From contig NC_042999.1 of assembly GCF_006345805.1 (NCBI RefSeq), positions 51,026,001-51,090,000 of the forward strand: 64,000 nt of DNA, in the 5' to 3' direction. The notes under the pieces were generated by a model, which was not told where the DNA came from, made no database searches, and worked only from the letters and a program-made list of their open reading frames with translations. The stretch's first letter is position 1. Each line of letters opens with the position of its first letter. The position numbers and the translations under genes are program-made. Positions 57,338 to 64,000 of the stretch are shown here, piece by piece. Origin of the DNA: Octopus sinensis (lineage: Eukaryota).

Positions 57338-57940
57338 CTTTGAGCCTCACAGAAGCTATGACGAAAGACCAAGACCTCTGGAGATATGCTGTGACTTCAA
57401 AGACCCGACAAATGAAGTGAGTTCACGGCTCGCAGGATGGTCTGCTGTGCTAACCTTGGATCGTAGAGTGACTCGCTGTTCTTGAGGATTCGAAGACCCG
57501 ACAAATGAAGTGAGTTCATGCTCGCAGGACAGCCTGCTGTGCTAACCTTGGATCATAGAGTGACCCGCTGTTCTTGAGGAGACCTGTTGAGTCAAGTTCT
57601 TTAACATCAAAAATTCGAATGGTAATTGTAGTTAAGATACCAGTGCTGGTGACACGTAAAAGCACTGTTCGAGCGTAGCAGTTGCTAGCATCGCTTGACT
57701 GGCGTCCGTGTCGGTGACACGTAAAAGCACCAACCGATCGTGGCTGTTTGCCAGCCTGCGATGGCACGTAAAAAATACCCACTACACTCACGGAGTGGTT
57801 GGTGTTAGGAAGGGCATCCAGCTGTAGAAACACTGCCAAATCAGACTGGAGCCTGGTGCAGCCTCCATGGCTTACCAGACCCCGGTTGAACCATCCAACC
57901 CATGCTAGCATGGAAAACGGACGTTAAATGATGATGATGT
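57338..57940 (+). mobile_element. RTE-type LINE 3' fragment with ~93 bp internal tandem duplication
   Basis: AAGACCCGACAAATGAAGTGAGTTCA occurs twice; shared 3' UTR and (GAT)n tail. Confidence 0.8.
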
Positions 57941-58419
57941 TCTGTGTTTCATTGGCAGGAAGGTTGAGAGGTAGTTAAGAAGTTTGCTTCTCAACCACAT
58001 GGTTTAAGGTTCAGTCTGACTGATGTGGTAACTAGGGTAAATGGCTTCTACTATAGCCCTAGGATGACCATAGCCTTGTGGTTGGATTTGGCAGACAGAA
58101 ACAACACTAAAGTCTACCATACATACACACCTCATCATCATTTAATGCCCGTTTTCCATGCTGGCATGGGTTAGATGGTTTGATAGGAACTGGCAAGTCA
58201 GAGGGCTGCACTAAACTCTACTATCTCCTTTGGTATGGTTTTTACAGCTGGATGCCCTTCCTAATGCCAACCAATTTACAGAGTGGGCTAGGTTCTTTTT
58301 ACACACACACATACAGACACTCACACATGCACACGCGCACACACACACATATACACAAACACATACATACATAGGTAAGTAAGTAGGTAGGTAGATAGGT
58401 AGGGAAGGAGGAAGATAAG

Positions 58420-58593
58420 TAAATAGACAGGCAGACAGACTGACTGACAGACAAACAGACAGACAGACAGACTGACAGACAGAAAGACAGACAGACAGAC
58501 AAATAGACAGACCGACAAACAGAAAGACAGACTGACAGACAGACGGACAGACAGGCGGACAGACAGGCGGACAGACAGACAGGCGGACAGACG

Positions 58594-58624
<31 letters not shown>

Positions 58625-58670
58625 CGACAGACAGACAGACAGACAGACCGACAGACAGACAGACAAATAG
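58420..58670. repeat. (GACA)n microsatellite
   Basis: Read directly from the sequence. Confidence 0.95.
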
Positions 58671-60044
58671 ATAGGTATGCATGTGATTGCCTTGATATCA
58701 TGTGACAGTTGTTGACAAGCATCCCTGTCATAAAGTGTGGTTTGTTTCCAATATTCCATGAAAACATGTCTGGCAATGAGGAAATATTACCCTGCTTGGG
58801 AAAGTTGAAGGTTGGCAACAAGAAGGGCATCCAGCCATAGAGAATCTACCTCAATGAATTCCATCTGACACATCTAAGCATAGAAAACTGGACATTAAAC
58901 AATAATAATGATGAAGATATGGATCCGGATTCTGTATTTATTTTTTCGTCTCCTTATTACCGATGCACTGTATAGCTTGGTAGAACAACCGATATTGGAA
59001 AGATATTGGATTTACTGGAAGATAATGGAAGACTCTGTTATTTGTACAGGAATATTTAGGGCTAGTTATGATATACATATAGGAAGTTATTGATTAAAAG
59101 AAGAAAAACAGTAGAGAAGTGATGGATCTTTTGGATGAAGGATTAAGTAAGTGCTGTCAACATCTGGATGTGGCACAATTAGTGAATAAAGCCGACACAC
59201 AATCTTGCGGAATGTTTGTTAGCATATTGTATATAAAGAGGAAGTGAGGTGAGAGAGATGTCCCTAGACATTAAGTGATTGAAAAATCTCTTGATAATGG
59301 CTTATTCAAAGGTATATTATTTGATGGTAAAAGCTTAGGATGTTATCTGGATCAGTGGAAATGGTTATCTTTATTTAGAAAAAGATTAGGATAGTTTGAC
59401 AACTGAGTGGATTAATAATTACACTCAAGAGATATGAGAGAGAAATGAGTGTGTGAGAAAAAGAGAGATAGAAGGGGTTAAGAGGGAATGAGGGAAATAA
59501 AAGGAAAGAGAGAGGAGAGAGAGAGAGAGAGAGAGAGAGACAAGAGATAAGAGAAAGAGCAGAGGATGAAAATTAGTCTATATTGAGAAGATTTGAAAGC
59601 TAAGTGAAGTGGTGAAGCAGAATTTCAACTGACAGGGTTGTTTTAATATTGTTATTTAACTATATGTCAACCCTGATTGAGTAGACTGTTGATCAAAAGT
59701 ATTCAATCCTTGATCATCCAACCATTTTGCCATATATTAGGAGAGAAAATGTATATATATTAGTGGAGGTACATGGTTTAGTGATTAGGGTGTTGAATTC
59801 ATGATCATAAGATTGTGGTTTTGATTTCTGGAACCGGTGGTCTATGCATTCTTGAGCAAAATACTTCATTTCATGTTGTTTCAATCCATTCAACTGGTAA
59901 AAATGAATAATCTTGCCATGCACTAGTGTCCCACCCAGGGAGGAATATATACGTCATGGAAATCAGGAAACTAGCCATATGCTTCTTATGAAATGATGTG
60001 GACTAATCATATATTATATATTCTATAATAATAATAATAATTAT

Positions 60045-60553
60045 CATGGACATTGTTTTGTATTGGTATAAAAGATGGGCTACAGCAAATATTCTGCTCA
60101 ATACCACAGATTTGCTTGTCAGTTGCTTGACCTTAACCAGTTGAGCATGTCCTTTAGTGGCTGACGATATGTGCATCTCTGACCACGAGCAGAAGTAGTG
60201 GGGGAGCATCATAGCCATGTGTTGAGAGGGATTCTTTTGGTTTTGAATAATTCACCTCTGGAAACATGGGTGTTTCGTTCAACATCGTTAAACAGTCTTT
60301 ATTCAGGGACCTTTTGAGTGGGATGGGTTACTCGACCTGAAGAAAATTCTAACTGGGCCCCCACCTACAAGGTCATGTGCTGTTTATCTTGATATGAGAT
60401 CACCATGTCGCACACATATGGTTGTGATGCATGTACCTAGTGTACCCTTATCAGACAGGTAGTCATGATGGGTATACTGGGCTTCGTATATTTTACCTCG
60501 GTGTCACTTAGATGGCATGCACTGCTCTCTCACTCAATAATAATAATAATAAT
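60045..60553 (+). mobile_element. retroelement 3' fragment with (AAT)n tail; short inverted copy at ~60700-60763
   Basis: Ends GATGGCATGCACTGCTCTCTCACTC(AAT)n, and the reverse complement recurs nearby. Confidence 0.6.
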
Positions 60554-62291
60554 CCCAAGATAAAATTTCATAAATGTTTTAATGCATTGCTATGCACATT
60601 TCCACAAGTTACATATTGTTTGTGACCCTAATCCACAGACATAGGTTCATTACAATATAATTTGTAATATCTATGGATATTATGGTTATATATATGATTA
60701 TTATTGAGTGAGAGAGCAGTGCATGCCATCAAAGTGACAGTGGGGTAAAATATACGAAACCCGTTATTATTATTATTATTATTATACAAGACCAACGATG
60801 GCTTAGCAGGCCAAAACTTTGAAGTAACTGTCAACAACATTCTTGTATAAGAACAATAAATTTGTATTCTAGAAAAGTATAGAGTAACCAATCATATTAA
60901 TGTAAAATTGTTTTTATTAGAACTGAACATTAAAACAAACAGCAAAACATATATATATATATATAGATATATATGTAGTTTTATGATTAAAATATATATT
61001 TTGTGCTACTTTTTCTGCTTGGTGTTGCATACTAAATCTCCAAGCTTCACCCAATACTTCTGTTTGCCAGTCTTGCATTAACTTTCAACTCAATAATTTC
61101 CTATTTGATGAACATTCATACATGAGTCATCATTTCAAAGGATCTCTTTGCATATTTAGATAATTTACTGTTTTATCATCTACATGAAATTTTCTTCCCA
61201 CAATTCATCTTACACAATCGTTGTTTTAACACTCTCAATATATAATTTTCATCTTCTTTCATATATCAAGTATTACATTTAATTCATTTTCCCACTTTCA
61301 TTTCGTAACTGCTTCTTACACTTTCTCACAAACTAAACACATGCACTCACAAAACATAAAGAGGATTGGATAAAGTTAATGGCGCCTGTGTGTATTTGTG
61401 TACAACTCTCATTCTCTCCCTCTGTATTTTGCTCAGACACACTCTCTCTCTCTCTCTCTCTTTCTGTTCCTCTCTCTCTGTTCCTTTCTATCAACAGATG
61501 CTATTATTTTTATTTCTTCTCTTTCTCTCTCTTTTCTTAGTGTCTGTCATACATATTTCTTCTCCTCATGTGCAAAACTTTTTCTCATGATTATTCTCAC
61601 AGGTAATCTTTCCTTTCTTTCCCTTTTTTTTTTACAGATTCCATGATATCTAATCACTTCCTTTGTGTGTCTGTTAGCATTTTTGAAAATGGCAAATGAC
61701 ATCATTTCTTCGTAATCCAAACATCTACTGAGATAGGATCATAAAGAACAAGCTGGATCAAACATTTTGACCCAGATGGGACATTGATCAGAAATATGGG
61801 ATTTTCTTGTATGTATGGTAATTGCAATACCAATATTCTCTATAGCATTGCAATTGTTAGCAAATTCTAGAGTACTTCTGTGTAGGGACTTAGAAATGGA
61901 AGGGGAAAGATCAACAATATCCAATTAGGTACCTCTAACAAACTGCCACTCGGCTGGTTGCAATGATAAGAATTCCAGTTGATTCGATCAATGGAATAGT
62001 CTGCACATGAAATTAATGTACAAGTAGCTGAGCACTCCACAGACACACATACCCTTCATTTAGTTCTCAGAGAGATTTAGCATGACACAGAATGTGACAA
62101 GGCTGGCCCTTTGAATTACAGGTACAGTTTATCTTCACCAGCTGAGAGTACTGGAGTAATGTTAAATAAAGTATATTGTTCAAGGACCCAAGATGTTGCC
62201 AGGAATTGAATTCATGTCCTCATGATCATGAGCTGAATATCCTAACCACTAAGCCATGCACCTTCACACCACTTAAGTACATCAAGAATTG

Positions 62292-62833
62292 TACTTTTAA
62301 CTGTTCTATATTTTAGAGATGAAGAATTCTGTACATTATTTACATTATTTACATTGGGCGGATATATGTCCTCATCTTGTTTGTTGTTACCACAATGTTT
62401 CGGCTGATTTACTCTCTAGCCTTCATCAGGTGTCCTGGTAGAATTTTGAACCCAACCCTGGGTTCTCATTCCTAAGGTATTTTGTTGCTGATGTTATTAT
62501 TATTATTATTATTATCATCATCATTATTTATTCAATGCACTGCCTAGGATTGAATGGGTATATAGCGTAATGGTTAAGAGTGCAAGCTACTAACCCCAAG
62601 ATTGTGAGTTCAATTCCAGGCAGTGCCTTGAATAAATAATAATAATAATAATAAACATCAGCAACAAAATACCTTAGGAATAAGGACCCAGGTTTGGGTC
62701 CAAAATTCTACCAGGACACCTGATGAAGGCTGGTGAGTAAATCAGCCAAAACGTGGTAACAACAAACAAGATGAGGATGAGGATACATATCCATCCAATG
62801 TAAATAATGTAAATAATGTATACTTTTAACTGT
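62292..62833. mobile_element. palindromic insertion of a tRNA-headed, hammerhead-bearing SINE with 13-bp TSD
   Basis: TACTTTTAACTGT at 62292-62304 and 62821-62833. Arms 62330-62554 and 62609-62820; tRNA-like head 62556-62630; HHR motifs at 62389-62435 (minus) and 62714-62757 (plus). Confidence 0.85.
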
Positions 62834-62926
62834 ATTGCTAAATCAGTTAAATACGTGAAATACTGTTCTTTTCTAATGTTGTTCCAAAGTTATATATTCT
62901 TCACTACAACAACGGGGACGATGACA

Positions 62927-63109
62927 GGCACAGGCATGGTTGTGCGGGTAAGTAGCTTGCTTTGCTACCACATGACTCAGGGTTCAGTCCCACTGTATGA
63001 CATTTTGAGTAAGTGTCTTCTGCTACAATCTCACGTTAATCAATGCCTTGTGAGTAAATCTGGTAAATGGAAACTGTGTGGAAACCTGTTGTACATGTGT
63101 GTGTGTATG

Positions 63110-63147
<38 letters not shown>

Positions 63148-63515
63148 TGTGTTTAGACTCCCACCGCTTGACAACTGGTGTTGGTCTGTTCAGATTTCTG
63201 TAACTTAGTGGTTCCACAAAAGAAATCGATAGAATAAGGGCCAGTCTTAAAAAAGAAAATGAAAGTGTTGGGATCAATTTGTTCACCTAAACATTTCAAG
63301 GCAGTGCCCCAGCATGGCCACAGTCCAATGACTGAAACAAGTAAAAGATAAAAGATAAAGTAAACTATGCATAGGAGTGGCTGTGTGGTAAGTAGCTTGC
63401 TTACTAACCACATGGTTCTGAGTTCAGTCCCACTGTGTGGCACCTTGGGCAAGAGTCTTCTACTATAGCCTCGGCGCGACCAAAGCCTTGTGCGTGGATT
63501 TGGTAGACAGAAAAT
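62927..63515 (+). mobile_element. SINE family A (62927-63360) followed by a second SINE A head (63371-63515)
   Basis: Family A matches. Confidence 0.85.
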
Positions 63516-63560
63516 GTCTATACATACTATACATGCATATATATATATATATATACATGC

Positions 63561-63605
<45 letters not shown>

Positions 63606-63939
63606 AAAACTTATATGGTAACGGACAATATGTCCAATTTTTTGCATATTTGGCATTAGAAATTTTTTCGTTTGCCCTTATTTATAAGTTGTTTATAATT
63701 TTAACTTTTAAAGGTATTTTTTAATATGCTGGCCATTGATAAAATTTTTTTTTTCGGAAAAAAAAATTTTATCCGGACTCTCTCACTCTGTGAGAGCCTC
63801 AGTTCAAATCGTACATGTCTTGAATGGGCTGGAGTATTTCTATTTTGGATGTATTTGGGGTACTTAATTGTGCTCATGACTTAGTGTTTTGCTTTTTCCA
63901 TGGGTATGAGTAAGTATCTCATTTATTTCTTTGCCACAT

Positions 63940-63999
63940 TTATTACTGATGAAGGGAGGGTTCTTATGAACCAACCCTGAAATCGGTCCGATATGGTAA
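63940..63999 (+). ncRNA. type I hammerhead ribozyme
   Basis: ttatta-CTGATGA-AGGG-ag-GGTTC-ttat-GAACC-aa-CCCT-GAAA-TCGG-t-CCGA-TA-tggtaa. Predicted AUA cleavage after 63993. Confidence 0.85.
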
Positions 64000-64000
64000 T

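Noticed and set aside
61638-61928. Strong plus-strand acceptor and signal-peptide-like MVIAIPIFSIALQLLA; also a minus-strand ORF
   Set aside because: All frames hit stops before a usable donor and no homology was recognised; could be UTR but unsupported.
62556-62630. tRNA gene (also the heads of SINE families A, B and C)
   Set aside because: A and B boxes are present but there is no proper acceptor or anticodon stem; these are SINE heads.

Overview
This is AT-rich, repeat-dense eukaryotic DNA. The tRNA-derived SINE families, RTE-type 3' tails and heavy (TA)n/(GT)n/(CTAT)n load strongly resemble an Octopus (coleoid cephalopod) genome; that assignment is inferred from repeat recognition, not from a search. 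No host protein-coding gene can be supported. Almost all supplied ORFs are translations of microsatellites or SINEs. The only recognisable protein fragments are transposon relics: mariner transposase, RTE reverse-transcriptase C-terminus and a Penelope-type GIY-YIG endonuclease. The window also holds piggyBac-type MITEs, non-autonomous Helitrons, tandem duplications and seven long palindromes. The main signal is a set of type I hammerhead ribozyme (HHR) motifs in several unrelated repeat families. Four have intact cores (27101-27146, 38169-38215, 50284-50350, 63940-63999), and nearly all have a palindromic helix III. Two HHRs sit in highly structured, non-coding, terminally redundant units of 353 and 599 nt, and a third sits in a possible ~378 nt unit; these look like retrozymes or Penelope pLTR derivatives. 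One HHR family is fused to a tRNA-like Pol III head and inserts as palindromes with 13-bp target-site duplications. Coordinates were counted by eye, and repeat boundaries may be off by a few bases.
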